From Octopus sinensis (lineage: Eukaryota), in the NCBI RefSeq assembly GCF_006345805.1, contig NC_043026.1:8432001-8496000 (forward strand): 64,000 nucleotides of DNA, in the 5' to 3' direction. Positions 51,817-64,000 of the stretch are shown here, in pieces. A program made the position numbers and the translations under genes. Under the pieces are notes generated by a model. That model was not told the DNA's origin. It was given only the letters and a program-made list of their open reading frames with translations, and ran no database searches. Each line of letters starts with the position of its first letter. Position 1 is the first letter of the stretch.

Positions 51817-54800
51817 ATGGAGAAGATTAATGAAGAAAACAAAATGTTGGCTCTCAATCCTGCCACAGTCTGTGATACAACAGCAATTTATAAGGAAACT
51901 ACACCAATTCTTCCCCAAATATTACATACACAAAACACAAAGAAAACAGAAGAACAGGAAAGAAAAGACACAAAGAAATCTAAAGAACAGGAAAAGTCCA
52001 TGTTACCAAGTTTCCTTCATATTGTGACATGTTACCGAACACTAATCAAAACAGACCACATCAATACATTTATAGATTATGTAAAGGATAAATGTAATCA
52101 CATGCACTCTCTGGGTTTAAATGGATCTTGAATTTTACGTAATATCAAACGTAAAATGCCAAGATTTCTGGAAATTGCAAGACAAAATAATGATTTTGTT
52201 CACCAAAACTTTGATTGGTTTCAACAAAGACTCTTTGACATTTATGTCACCTGTAACCCATACAACCACAAGACCATTGAACCACCAAAAGTAACCACAA
52301 AATTTCGGCCTCTTCAGCCAGTTGTGACCAGAGAAGCAAACATTGAGGAATCTGGAGAAGAATTTGAAGAAATCCCAATAATATCAAATATTGTCATCAT
52401 AGAGGAGGGAGTGATGACATATTCCCACCATTGCAAGATAATAAGTTTAGTAACAAGAGACAGTGACAGAATTGATGTCCATTGTCCATCTTCTGTGACC
52501 AGTTTCACCAGAATCAGTGAAGACATGGTTCTGGCAACCCTCCCCTTCCAAGAAATGATTCTTATTATCAGCACCAAAACCTTTAAGATCAAAAGGATAA
52601 AGTTGGGGTTATATATGGTGAGTTACTTGGAAGATTCTACACTTATAGGTGTAGAAATGTTTGGTGAAACAGTTTACCAATTTGATTGGGAGGATAATAC
52701 CATAAACTATCAATTTATTACCAAAGAAACACCTACAGATATTGCTGTAGGGGTCCAGAATATACTTGTAATTACATTCGCCAGCATCAACAGAGTAATC
52801 TGTTACAAACTGGATGGTCAACAGTTATGGGAGGTAGAGACCCATTCTCTGCACCTCCCAAGTAAAATCTCTCTGTACCAAAATTATTTCTATGTCCTCC
52901 AGGGACAAATAATTTATAGGATTTCAGCTAAAGGTGGTGTAACAAGGAGGGACATTGGCAGGAAATGCCGCTCTATTTCTGTTGGTAAAGATACCATTTT
53001 GGTAACAGATTATTGCGGCAAACCACATGGTATTCAAATGAATAAAGACTTTTGGCCCAAACTGTCATACAACCACCAGCTACATACCCCCAGTTTAAAA
53101 GACTATATTGATATTGAGGATTGCTACAACATTACTAATATTCTACCTATGTCTACATCTTCTATATTAATAATTTACAAAAACAAGAAAGCTAAATTAT
53201 TCACTGATAACGGGGAAATAATTAACCAAAATAATTCAGTTTTCTTTGAGCTTCCTTCTTTCTGTTGTAGAATAAACGCAAACAGATTCCTGGTATTTTA
53301 TTGTGAAATGAAAGGGTTTCAGTATATCACCTGTCCTGAACTAAGAAAAGGCCCTTTAATGAAAGTCCATACTGATTACATGAAAATATGTCATATTGTA
53401 TCAAATAAGTGTCTGGCTGTGACCACCACTGAAAACAAAAGCGAGGTCCATATCCTCTTGATCAACGAAGATAAAGTTGACATTGCAGAAAGAATTTCTC
53501 TGGGACATTATAATGTCAGCATTGCTGCAACTCCAATTAATTTTGTAGTCGTAGATGGAAACGAAAATAAAATGGTATTTTATTCCACATGTGGTGAAGA
53601 ACTTTTTCAAAAATACCTTCCATTCTATGGCTACCCTCATCACATCTACTCTGATAATGTTTATTTCTATGTCCTCTTCAAGAGACACTCTATTCTCAGA
53701 TGTTACGATCAATATGGAGAAATGAAATGGCAGTGGGAACTGCCTTTCCCTGTTCACCCTCACATTGCTGTTTTCCAAGGAACTCTTTATGTCCCGGACG
53801 CTCAACTCAACAGGGTTCTTCTTTACAAGTATCAAGGCCGGTTGTCTGGCTGTCGTTTACACACAAAAAATCCTTACATCAGAAATCTAAATCTACGACT
53901 CAAAGAAAAGGAGAAAGACCAAAAACTTGTCATTGGCGAAATATGTAATCTGTCCAATGGACAGTTGGTGGTGTCTGACATCAAGCATGATTACTTGTTG
54001 TACATTTCTGAAGAAGGAGACATTGTGTCCAGATTATCTCTGCCGTCTACAGCCACAGATATATATCGATGGGATTCAAATCATATAGGGGTCACATTAC
54101 CCCTACAGAAACAATTAAGGGTCATCGGAAACCTATCAAAGACAGTGAGAAGTGTATCATTAAGGCAGCCTTATGTACAGGTGTGTAAGATGGGTGAAGG
54201 TGAAATTGTTTGTTATTGTGATAAACCATCACATTTAGATATTTTAGCCATCAATTATTATAATCAAGTTGAAGTAATTAAGACAATTAATATCCCTGTG
54301 TTTGTGAAATCATTATCAATAGACACAAAAACAGAAAAGCTATTAATTGTTACTAAGGAAAAAGCTTTCCAGTACAACACTAGAATAGGTGGTGGTGGTC
54401 ATGTCGGTCGTCAGATGGTCCCCAGTGTTTTAATGTCCCAAGTGAAACGTCCCCTCAGTCTCCAAGGTGGATCTATTGACCAAACATCTGTTTATCTGAT
54501 AGACAGAAGCCGTATGTTTGCCATAAACGATCAGAATTTGTTGGTCAATGATCTCGTTACTAATAATCAACTTAATTATTACATCGACCTGGTGGATGTA
54601 TTTCCCAGAAACATTTCTCTCAGTGAAATGTTGTCTTCCACTTTATATCTACAGGACCTGACAGTTTCTGATAAAGCCAGACATATTCGTCTCCCTAAAC
54701 ATTTGGGAGACAAAGAACCAGTGGTAATTAATCATTTGTTAATTACTGAAAATAACTTGATTGCAGGATTTGACTGGGAGAATGGAAACATCAAGATATT

Positions 54801-56387
54801 CACATTTGATGGTCACCTTTTGGATTCAATCAAAGTGAATTTTTATACATGTAATAAAATGTGTCGATGGCAGTCAAACACACTGGTCATTATAAATTTG
54901 GATTGTTTTTATGCTGAATCCGAACTGTTGACATTAAAAGTGGAATTTCCATTGTCGTTGGTAATTTACCAAACAAGAAGAAAATATCATTGTGTGGCTT
55001 CTTTATCAAATAATCAACTGGTTTGTAGTAATTTGGGAGATGCATGTCATTTGTATTTTGTTGATATTGATGAAATACATTCGAGTGCGAAGGAAATAAA
55101 ACAAATAGACATACCTGAACCATTAATAGAGAGAACAGAAGATGGAAATTATTTTGATGTCATCCATGATATTAAGGTTACTGCTGAAGATGTCATCATT
55201 GTCTTAAATGAAAGATTCATAATTTTCTTCAACAGTGATGGTCAATATTTACATCCAATCAGACACTACATCGATTTTGATTATTTTGTTGCAAGCAAGA
55301 TGACAACTGATGACAGTTTTTTGTACATTTATGGTGAGTGGAAGAAATATTTGGGTCTGTTTAGATATAAAAACATTTTGTGTTGGACCCAAAAAGGGGA
55401 ATACAAGAGAATATTTTTAAATCAAAGAATTTATAAAGATAAAGTAGAATTCTGCAATATAGAATGTAAAGGACCAAGGTTTGTTGGAAGCCCCACAGCG
55501 GGATGGAGAAAGAATGAATTGTATGTTGAAGGGTTGTTTATGGTGAATCGAGACAGCTTCCCGGTTGCTCGTTTACAAACAGACGAATGTCCTGTTCAAG
55601 TGAAAGATTTTGATGTCTCTGAGGAAGGAAAGACAGTTGTGTGTGAAAAGCCAATAATGGAAATTTTAAAATATTTGATAGAGATGGGGAGTTGCTATGT
55701 CATAGAGATGCTGGAAGTTTAGTTGGTGGTGTGTGTTTTACACAAGAATCACGCATAATGGCCACGGTTCCTAAAAGGAAAGAAATATTTCAACTGAATG
55801 GAGAAGATTTGCAGGCATCTCAAGTTTGGTCGAGTCTCATCCCTTATGGTATAATATGGAGAAAAGTGGCGGGTATTTACTGGTGTGTACATAATGAATT
55901 GATTGAATGTCATTGCATAAAGATTGATGGGGACCAAGTGAACATTCTGGAATCTGTGTTGTTATCAAATCTTGATTCTGGTCTTCGTTTCCCTTCCATT
56001 ACATCTGAAACGAACAAGGAAATATTCAGTAATGAATTAATTAATAAATTGGAATACAGAGAAGGAGATGGAGATGGGGGAAGAAAAAGAAGAGGTAAAT
56101 CAGGTGAAATAATTGGTAAAGATAGATTAAAGGTGAGATGTGGTAATTACATAGCAGAGATTAATAATTCAGGAATTGATAAAATATCAGTGAGGAGACT
56201 TCCATATAGGACAGCAATGGTCCCTTTTTCCATTCCTGCATTCGAGGAACCTGTTCATTATGATTATAGTGACATTAGGGACCGGAACAGTAAACTAATT
56301 AAGTTAGATGAGAATGTGAGTGTGTTGGTGTTTCGAGAAAGTGTCACAATCTTCAGGTGGACTTCCAATAATTCAGTGTCAATTTGA
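51817..56387 (+). pseudogene. Multi-propeller family copy 4: divergent N-terminal module, in-frame TGA (52129-31), A-run frameshift (about 55648), truncated early in propeller 6
   Basis: ORFs 51817-52131 and 52156-55722 share a frame; GAAAAGCC versus GAAAAAGCC in the other copies; homology ends at GTGTCACA (56348). Confidence 0.85.
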
Positions 56388-56420
56388 CACTGAATTATTG
56401 GAAGTCCACCTGAAGATTGT
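56346..56420. repeat. Perfect 75-bp palindrome (37-bp arms, 1-nt centre)
   Basis: ACAATCTTCAGGTGGACTTCCAATAATTCAGTGTCAA-T-TTGACACTGAATTATTGGAAGTCCACCTGAAGATTGT. Confidence 0.97.
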
Positions 56421-56448
56421 CGATCAAGACAAGAAACGATTGTAGTGG
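56406..56448 (+). ncRNA. Minimal type I hammerhead ribozyme with intact core
   Basis: CCAC-CTGAAGA-TTGTC-GATCAA-GACAA-GAAAC-GATT-GTA-GTGG: stem I CCAC/GTGG, stem II TTGTC/GACAA, GUA triplet ending at 56444. Confidence 0.85.
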
Positions 56449-56623
56449 CGGTTTTTTTGACTATTTATTAAAATTTTATGTATTGATTAAGTCTTTCCTT
56501 GTTTGTTTTGCAAAATAGTGGTTTTGTCTCTAATAATATTTTATAATATTTTACTATAAAATTGGATTTAATCCTAAATCTGATTTTTTCCCTGTAAATT
56601 TGGATTTATTCCCTAATATTTAT

Positions 56624-56668
<45 letters not shown>

Positions 56669-57106
56669 TATAAGTATATATATAAAAATATACACACACA
56701 TAAGGTTACAGATAATTAATTATATATGCTGGAATATACATATACATCCACATCTATGGGTACATATACAATGTTCATTACATTACCAATATTATTATTA
56801 TTATTATTATTAATATTAATATTAGATTATGAGCATTCTGCTATTCACAATACATAGTAAATGAAAAATACAACTTAGAATATAGTATACTATAATATAA
56901 TATAATATAATATATAGACAGATGCTTATGAAAGATGCAAGCACATTCATTCAACAAATAATGTCAGTATATTCATATATTATACAGTCAAAATCGAAAC
57001 TTCAGTCTTATTCTGCATACATATATATATATATATATATATATACACAGGTAACAAACACATGCATATACATATACATACATACGCATAAACACACACA
57101 CACACA

Positions 57107-57299
57107 CTCTTTTACTTGTTTCAGCCATTTGACTGCGGCCATGCTGGAGCACCGCCTTTAGCCGATCAAATCGACATATTCTTTTTAAGCCCAATACTTA
57201 TTCTATCGGCCTCTTTTGCCGAACCGCTAAGTGACGGGGACATAAACACACCAGCATCGGTTGTCAAGCAATGCTAGGGGGACAAACACAGACACACAA

Positions 57300-57330
<31 letters not shown>

Positions 57331-57490
57331 CATATATACGACAGGCTTCTTTCAGTTTCCGTCTACCAAATCCACTCACAAGGCTTTGGTCGGCCTGGGG
57401 CTATAGCAGAAGACACTTGCCCAAGATGTCACGCAGTGGGACTGAACCCGGAACCATGTGGTTGGTAAGCAAGCTACTTACCACACAGCC
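57107..57490 (-). mobile_element. SINE family A
   Basis: Reverse complement of the consensus. Confidence 0.85.
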
Positions 57491-57875
57491 AGGCGCTTTG
57501 CTGCAAAAACAAAGGTATTTACCTCTATCATAAGAGACCCTTTGTATGCAGATGATTGTGAGCTAGTAGCACACACAGAGATTGATATGCAACACATTTT
57601 GAATGCATTCTCTGATGCTTGCACTGCCGTAGGATTGACAGTCAATCTCAAGAAAACTGTTGTCATGCATCAACCTGCCCCTGGTAAGCAGTATAGTGTA
57701 CCAAACATCTATGTGTATGGTAAACGACTTGATGTAGTTGATCAGTTTGTCTACCTGGGAAGCACTATTAATAGCTATAGCAATTTGGATGATGAAATTC
57801 TATATAGAATTAGGAAAGCAAGTGTTGCTTTTGGAAGGTTAGAAAAGCGCCTCTGGACTCGGCGAGACATATGCA
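57491..57875 (+). mobile_element. Internal RT fragment of an RTE/BovB-like LINE, distinct from the other RTEs here
   Basis: RRFAAKTKV...LYADDC.LVAHTE.DMQ...FSDAC...GLTVNLKKT.VMHQPAPG...YLGS. Confidence 0.8.
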
Positions 57876-57889
57876 CATAAATACATATA

Positions 57890-57925
<36 letters not shown>

Positions 57926-58614
57926 TATATATATGTATGTATTGTAGTATGAATATAGACATTTATATATGTATTTATTATATGATATATGTGGTCGTGT
58001 GTGCATGTATATATGTGTATATGTTGATGTGCGTGTATATATATGTGTATATAAAAAGTAGTCATTTTTAAATATTTATGCAATTAGATATAGATTAATA
58101 CCGATATTAGATTATTGGTGGGTTTCCTACCTTAAAAATTAAAATTAATATTTAACATTATAGTCGATTTTGATATAATCATAATTGGTTATATATATAA
58201 TATATATATATAATATAATATATATAATATATATATATATATACACACACACACATATATATATATACATAATAATAACCAATAAAATAATAGTACATTC
58301 CATTTAAAGTAAAAACTATGCGATTTCTTAATATATATTTAGTGGTCTAAATGGGAATTATACATTAAAATTACATCTTTGGCAAAAGTTGGGAAAGATT
58401 TAGAAAAAACTTTCAATAGATATAAAAAGTTTGAATTACATATTTGACAAAATTTGGGGGGGGGGGGAATTGGAAGAAACTTTCGAAAGATACAAAAATC
58501 AAATTCACCGTATAAATATGTGAATCCTTAAATTCACTTTTACATTAGTTTTACACTTTTCCAATTAAATTCGTTTATTAGCTATACTCGCATATGCTAA
58601 GTTATATTAATTGG

Positions 58615-58984
58615 AAGCACCCCATCGGTTATGACGACGAGGGTTCCGGTTGATCCGATCAACGGAACAGCCTGCTCGTGAAATTAAGGTGTAAGTGGCT
58701 GAGCACTCCACAGACACGTGTACCCTTAACGTAGTTCTCGGGGATATTCAGCGTGACACAGAGAGTGACAAGGCCGGCCCTTTGAAATACAGGTACAACA
58801 GAAACAGGAGAGAAAGTTGTGGTGAAAGAGTACAGCAGGGATCACCACCATCCCCTGCCGGGGCCTCGTGGAGCTTTTTAGGTATTTTCGCTCAATAAAC
58901 ACTCACAACGCCCGGTCTGGGAATCGAAACCACGATCCTACGACCGCGAGTCCGCTGCCCCAACCACTGGGCCATTGCGCCTCC
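58615..58984 (-). mobile_element. tRNA-derived SINE family C
   Basis: Minus strand GGAGGCGCAATGGCCCAGTGG (A box)...GGTTTCGATTCCC (B box) followed by a non-tRNA body. Confidence 0.85.
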
Positions 58985-59164
58985 TATATTAATTACTATT
59001 ACAAATACAAAAGACCATATTTATCATAGATATATTTACGATGTCTATCAATGTTTATTAGTGTGAATACTGTAGAAATCAATATACAATTTTATTGTCA
59101 CTTAATTATCCAACTATTCATATTTTAATTCGGCATTAGTATCTATCAATTCATTTATATATCT

Positions 59165-59550
59165 ACTAGCAGTATCGCCCGGCGTTGCTCAGGTTTGTAA
59201 GGGAAATAACTATAAAGCATATTTAGAGAGTTATAGCCAAAAAATAGCAAAAAAATGGAAAAAAAATTATGGTAAATTTTTTTTGACAGTTAAAAAAGGT
59301 GGAGTTGCGTCCCCTAGACGGTCTGTGGTTTGGGTTTCTGAAATTCGACCCCATGTCGAATTTATCGATCTTTTTCAGAACTGGGGGAACTTTTCAAAAT
59401 TTTCGCTGCGTTAGTTTTGAATTATGACATTGGGCTATGTGTGTGTCAAGTTTCATCAGAATCGGTTGAAAGCCGTGGTCAGGGTGAGGGTACGAGAAAA
59501 CAGACACACAGAAAACGCACAGACAAACTGCCGTTTATATAGAGAGAGAT
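59165..59550 (+). mobile_element. Non-autonomous Helitron-like element (Lep1/HINE style)
   Basis: 5' ACTAGCAGTATCGCCCGGCGTTGCTC; 3' AAGTTTCATCAGAATCGG...CAGACAAACT...TTTATATAGAGAGAGAT. Confidence 0.6.
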
Positions 59551-59984
59551 TTACTGATATATACAATAGTTATTTATTATTTATCTTAGGTTATCCATTA
59601 TCATATCTATTTACCCTTATATATAATAGGTATTTATTATTAATCTTAGGATATACAAGTATATTTCCGTACTTTAATAAATGTTAGATCAAAACCATTA
59701 ATACCAAGATGGACCAAATAAGTAGTTAACTAAACAAACAAATATTTAGTCCAACCGTTTCTTATAAAACTTTATAAATACAACACATACCGTAATTGAA
59801 CATAGGTTTAAGTACACAAATATATATATATGTGCATATACATATATACACTTGTATATGTACATAAATATACACATGCACACATATACAGTCATATAAA
59901 TAGCCACACATATGCATAATTATACACATACATATACATATAAATACTCATAGATATACACAGACATGTACATTCATACATACA

Positions 59985-60240
59985 CATACATACATATACC
60001 TATATACCCACACATAAATATACATACACACACGTACACATATATATACATACACACATACATATATACATACATATACCTATATATCCACACATAAATA
60101 TACATACACACACGTACACATATATATACATACACACATACATATACATACATATACCTATATACCCACACATAAATATACATACACACACGTACACATA
60201 TATATACATACACACATATATAAATGCATACACACACATA
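59985..60240. repeat. CA/TA-rich minisatellite, about 80-bp unit x3
   Basis: CCTATAT.C.CACACATAAATATACATACACACACGTACAC recurs at 78-80-bp spacing. Confidence 0.8.
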
Positions 60241-60516
60241 TATACATACACACGTATATATAAATATACATACACACACTCACACATATATACGCATTCA
60301 TATACATACATACACACTACTTAAATAGACATATATACATATCTGCAAGTACACATATATACATACATTCATCAGCACACATAGTGAGAAAGAAAATTGA
60401 AGAAAGTTACAATAACTGTGAGTGTGTAGAATGCAATGTCAGTGATTTAGGTTCAATTTCCAGGTGAGCCCTGTAGCAATAACAACAACATCAAATTTTA
60501 ATATTTCTGAAAATAT

Positions 60517-60750
60517 TTATTTGTCAAAATAAAAGAAAGCAAAAGATTGACGTCCAGGAATAATTCCAAAAACCATCAAAGAATTGTCTGAAACATCCAA
60601 ACCAAGAACTTCAAACACTTCATTATCATCCCCTCTGAGGAGTAAATATTTTGGATTATCTTTTAATCCCTGGATTTCATCATATTCAGATGTTTCCTCT
60701 TCAATATGTCGAGGTATTTCGTAAATATTGTTCTCTAAATCTGTTATATA
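60517..60750 (-). pseudogene. C-terminal stub of a further family copy (last ~78 codons, stop and 3' flank)
   Basis: YITDLENNIYEIPRHIEEETSE...LLLRGDDNEV.EVLGLDVS.NSLMVFGIIPGRQSFAFFYFDK*, closer to copy 3 than to copy 5. Confidence 0.9.
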
Positions 60751-60942
60751 AACACATATACATATACTGTATATAAATATACACACACACACAAAGAGAG
60801 TGTGTTGAGGAATGTTACAACACTAAGTGTTAGTGTGTAGAATGCAATGTATGCGATGCAGGTTCGATTCCCAGGCAAAGCCATTTACAACAACAACAAT
60901 AAGAAGAAGAAGAAGATTGAAGCTTAATATTTCTGAAAATAT

Positions 60943-63900
60943 TTATTTGTCAAAATAAAAAAAAGCAAAAGATTGACGTCCAGGAATAATTCCAAAAACC
61001 ATCAAAGAATTGTCTGAAACATCCAAACCAAGAACTTTGTAAACTTCATTATCGATACCTCCCAGGAGCAAATATTGTTGAATATCTTCAGATGTTTGAT
61101 GTTCAATATGTCCAGGTATTTGGTAAATATTGTTATATCTGTCTACTATATACACATATTCACCTTGTGTAGTTAGATAATGTCTATGGATGTTGTTGTA
61201 TAGATATCTTGGTAGTTTTATACTTCTGACCAAATGTTCACTAAACCAAATGACATCATAGGCATAACCACTCCAGTATCTCTCCCGCTCTTCCTTCACA
61301 ACGACAATATCTCCACCAGATGTCACTACTATATCCAACACCACCTCTATCTCCTCCTTCTTTCTCAGCCAAGAGCACACTTTATGAATGTATTTACATA
61401 CCTTTCCATCAATAGCAATTACATCTACATAATAGGAAGACCAGCTTCTACATTCAGTCATGTCTTCAATATAAGGACCACCACCACCACACACGAGTTG
61501 ATTGTCGTTGTATTTATAAATCCTGTTGTAGAATTTCTTAGTTTTGATGGTTTTTAAACGACGGAGATCCCTGTTGAAGAACATCAGTTCTTCACCAAAG
61601 GCGACAATGAAACATTCCTCTTTCCACCAACATATGTCCAGTGGTAGTTGTGGTAGTTGTTTATGTTGAAGTATGTCCACTGTTGTTGTTGTTCTGATTA
61701 ATGTGACACTTTCTCGAAACATCAACACACTCACATTCTCATCTAACTTAATTAGTTTACTATTGTAATCTCTACTGTCTTCGATATCATAATTAACAGG
61801 TTCAGTGCATGTAGGAATGGAAAAAGGGACCATTGCTGTCCGATATGGAAGTCTCCTCACTGATATTTCATCAATTCCTGGCTTACTCTCCGCTATGTAA
61901 TTACCACATCTCACCTTTAATCTACTTTTACCAATTATTTCACCTGATTTACCTCTTTCCACTTCATCTCCGCCACTGTATTCCAATTTATTAATTAATT
62001 CATTACTGAATATTTCCTTATTCGTTTCAGATGTAATGGAAGGGAAACGAAGACCAGAATCAAGATTTGATAATGACACAGATTCCAGAATGTTCACTTG
62101 GTCCCCATCAATCTTTATGCAATGACATTCAATCAATTCAATATGTGCACACCAGTAAATATTTCCCACTTTTCTCCATATCACACCATAAGGTACTTGA
62201 CTTTCCCAAACTTTATATTTCCCCAAATTTTCTTGCTTCAGTTGAAATATTTCTCGTCTGTTAGGGACCGTGACCATTATGCCTCTTCCATGTGTAAAAC
62301 ACACACCACCAACTAAACTTCCTAGATCTCTGTGGCATAGCAATTCCCCATCTCTATCAAACATTTTAACATTTCCATTATTGGCTTTTTCACACACAAC
62401 TGTCTTTCCTTCATCAGAGATGTCAATATCTTTCACCTGAACAAGACATTCGTCTGTTTGTAAATGACAAACAGGGAATTTTTCCCGATTAAGCTGAAAC
62501 AAACCTTCAACATACAATTTATCTTTGTTGTGGCTCCCAGCAAAACGTGGACCATTACAGTTTATACTTGTGAAATCTATTTTATCTTTATAAATTCTAC
62601 TATTTATAAATATTCTGTTGTATTCTCCTGTCTGTGTCAAACAGACTAAGCTGTTATAGCCAGTGAAATCACCATAACGATCCCACCATCCATAAATGTA
62701 CAAATAACTGTCATCAATTGTCATGTTGTTGTATTTAATATCATCATAAGCCATGTAGTGTCTAACTGAATGCAAATACTGACCACCACTGTTGAAGAAT
62801 ATTATGAATCTTCTATTGCTGACAATGATGACACCATTAGCAGTAACTATAATATTACAGATGTAATTAATAAGTCCACGTCTGTCTTTCGTTAATGTCT
62901 CAGGTATGCCTATTTGTTTTATTATATTCACGGTTGAATGTTTTTCGTCTATAACGATAACATACAAATTACATTTATCTCTATATTTACTACACAACAG
63001 TTGATTGTTTGATAAAGAAGCAATACATTTATATTCATTTCTTGTCAGGTAGGTTACCGACGACAATGGGAACCCAACTTTTAAAGTCAACAATTGGGAC
63101 TTAGCACCATAAGTTGTAATGACCAGTGTGTTTCTCTGCCAACGACACATATTAATAGGAAAAACATTCAATTTGATAGAGTCCACAAGTTGACCGTCAA
63201 ATGTGAATATCTTAATGTTTTTATTATTCCAGTCATATGACGCTATCAGGTTATTTTCAATAACACACAAACGGCGAATGTACACTGGTTTTTGGTCTCC
63301 AAAACCTGAAGGGACAACGACATGTCTAGCTTTGTCAGAAACTGTCAGGTCCTGTAGATATAAAGTGGAAGACAACATTTCACTGACAGAAATGTTTCTG
63401 GAAAATACATCCACCAGGTCGATATAATAATTAAGTTGATTATTTGTAACGAGATCATTAACTAACAAATTATGATTGTTTATGGCAAACATACGGCTTC
63501 TGTCTATCAGATAAACAAATATTTTATCAATAGATCCACCGCAGAGATTGAGGGGACGTTTCACTTGGGACATTAAAACACTGGGGACCATCTTACTACT
63601 ACTATAACCACCACCACAGATACTAGTGTTGTAATGAAAGGCTATTTTCCTAGTAACAATTAATAATTTTCGTGTTTCATTTTCTATTGCTAATGATTTC
63701 ACAAACACAGGGATATTAATTGTCTTAAGTACTTCGACTTGATTATAATAATTGATGGCTAAAATATCTAAATGTGATGGATTATCACAGTAACAAACAA
63801 TTTCACATTCACCCATCTTACACACCCGTACATAAGGCTGCCTTAATGATACACTTCTCACTGTCTTTGATAGGTTTCCGATGACCCTTAATTGTTTCTG

Positions 63901-64000
63901 TAGGGGTAATGTGACCCCTATATGATTAGAACCCCACTAACATATATCTGTGGCTGTAGACAGCAGAGATAATCTGGGCACAATGTCTCCTTCCTCAGAA
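60943..64000 (-). pseudogene. Multi-propeller family copy 5, 3' part (propellers 3-6), in-frame TAG at 63937-63939; continues off window
   Basis: ORF 60943-63861 ends in SFAFFYFDK*; the upstream frame reads SEEGDIVPRLSLLSTATDIC*WGSNHIG, where the other copies have Q, R or R. Confidence 0.8.

Noticed and set aside
52129-52131. Selenocysteine recoding of the in-frame TGA of copy 4
   Set aside because: No SECIS recognised, the aligned residue in paralogs is Thr rather than Cys, and the native 3'UTR is lost.
58900-58984. tRNA gene (also the GGTTCGATTCCC motif near 60870 and its inverse near 42665)
   Set aside because: A and B boxes are present but there is no closed cloverleaf; these are SINE heads or remnants.

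Overview
AT-rich, microsatellite- and TE-dense eukaryotic DNA. The SINE and RTE families look like those of an octopus (inference). The window holds a tandem/inverted cluster of six copies or remnants of one gene family: 1..951(-), 18020..22381(+), 37132..42591(+), 51817..56387(+), a stub at 60517..60750(-) and 60943..>64000(-). The only complete copy is a 1819-aa protein encoded by one 5.46-kb exon. It has a basic/helical N-terminal module of about 170 aa followed by six tandem degenerate NHL/TolB-like beta-propellers, and no signal peptide, TM helix, RING or B-box. Between paralogs, propellers 1-3 and 5 are almost invariant, while propeller 4 (and 6) varies mostly by non-synonymous changes. 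The N-terminal module and propeller body appear to recombine at a conserved hinge. This resembles a diversifying intracellular recognition-receptor family (inference). The cluster is also marked by Penelope-like elements. There are two large fold-back palindromes, one with a GIY-YIG fragment and one with twin type I hammerhead ribozymes. A third, intact hammerhead overlapped by a perfect 75-bp palindrome sits exactly where copy 4 is truncated. Other features are RTE, CR1, Tc1, hAT and Helitron-like elements and three tRNA-SINE families. Several frameshifts are single-A homopolymer losses and may be sequencing errors. No CRISPR, rRNA or genuine tRNA genes were seen.
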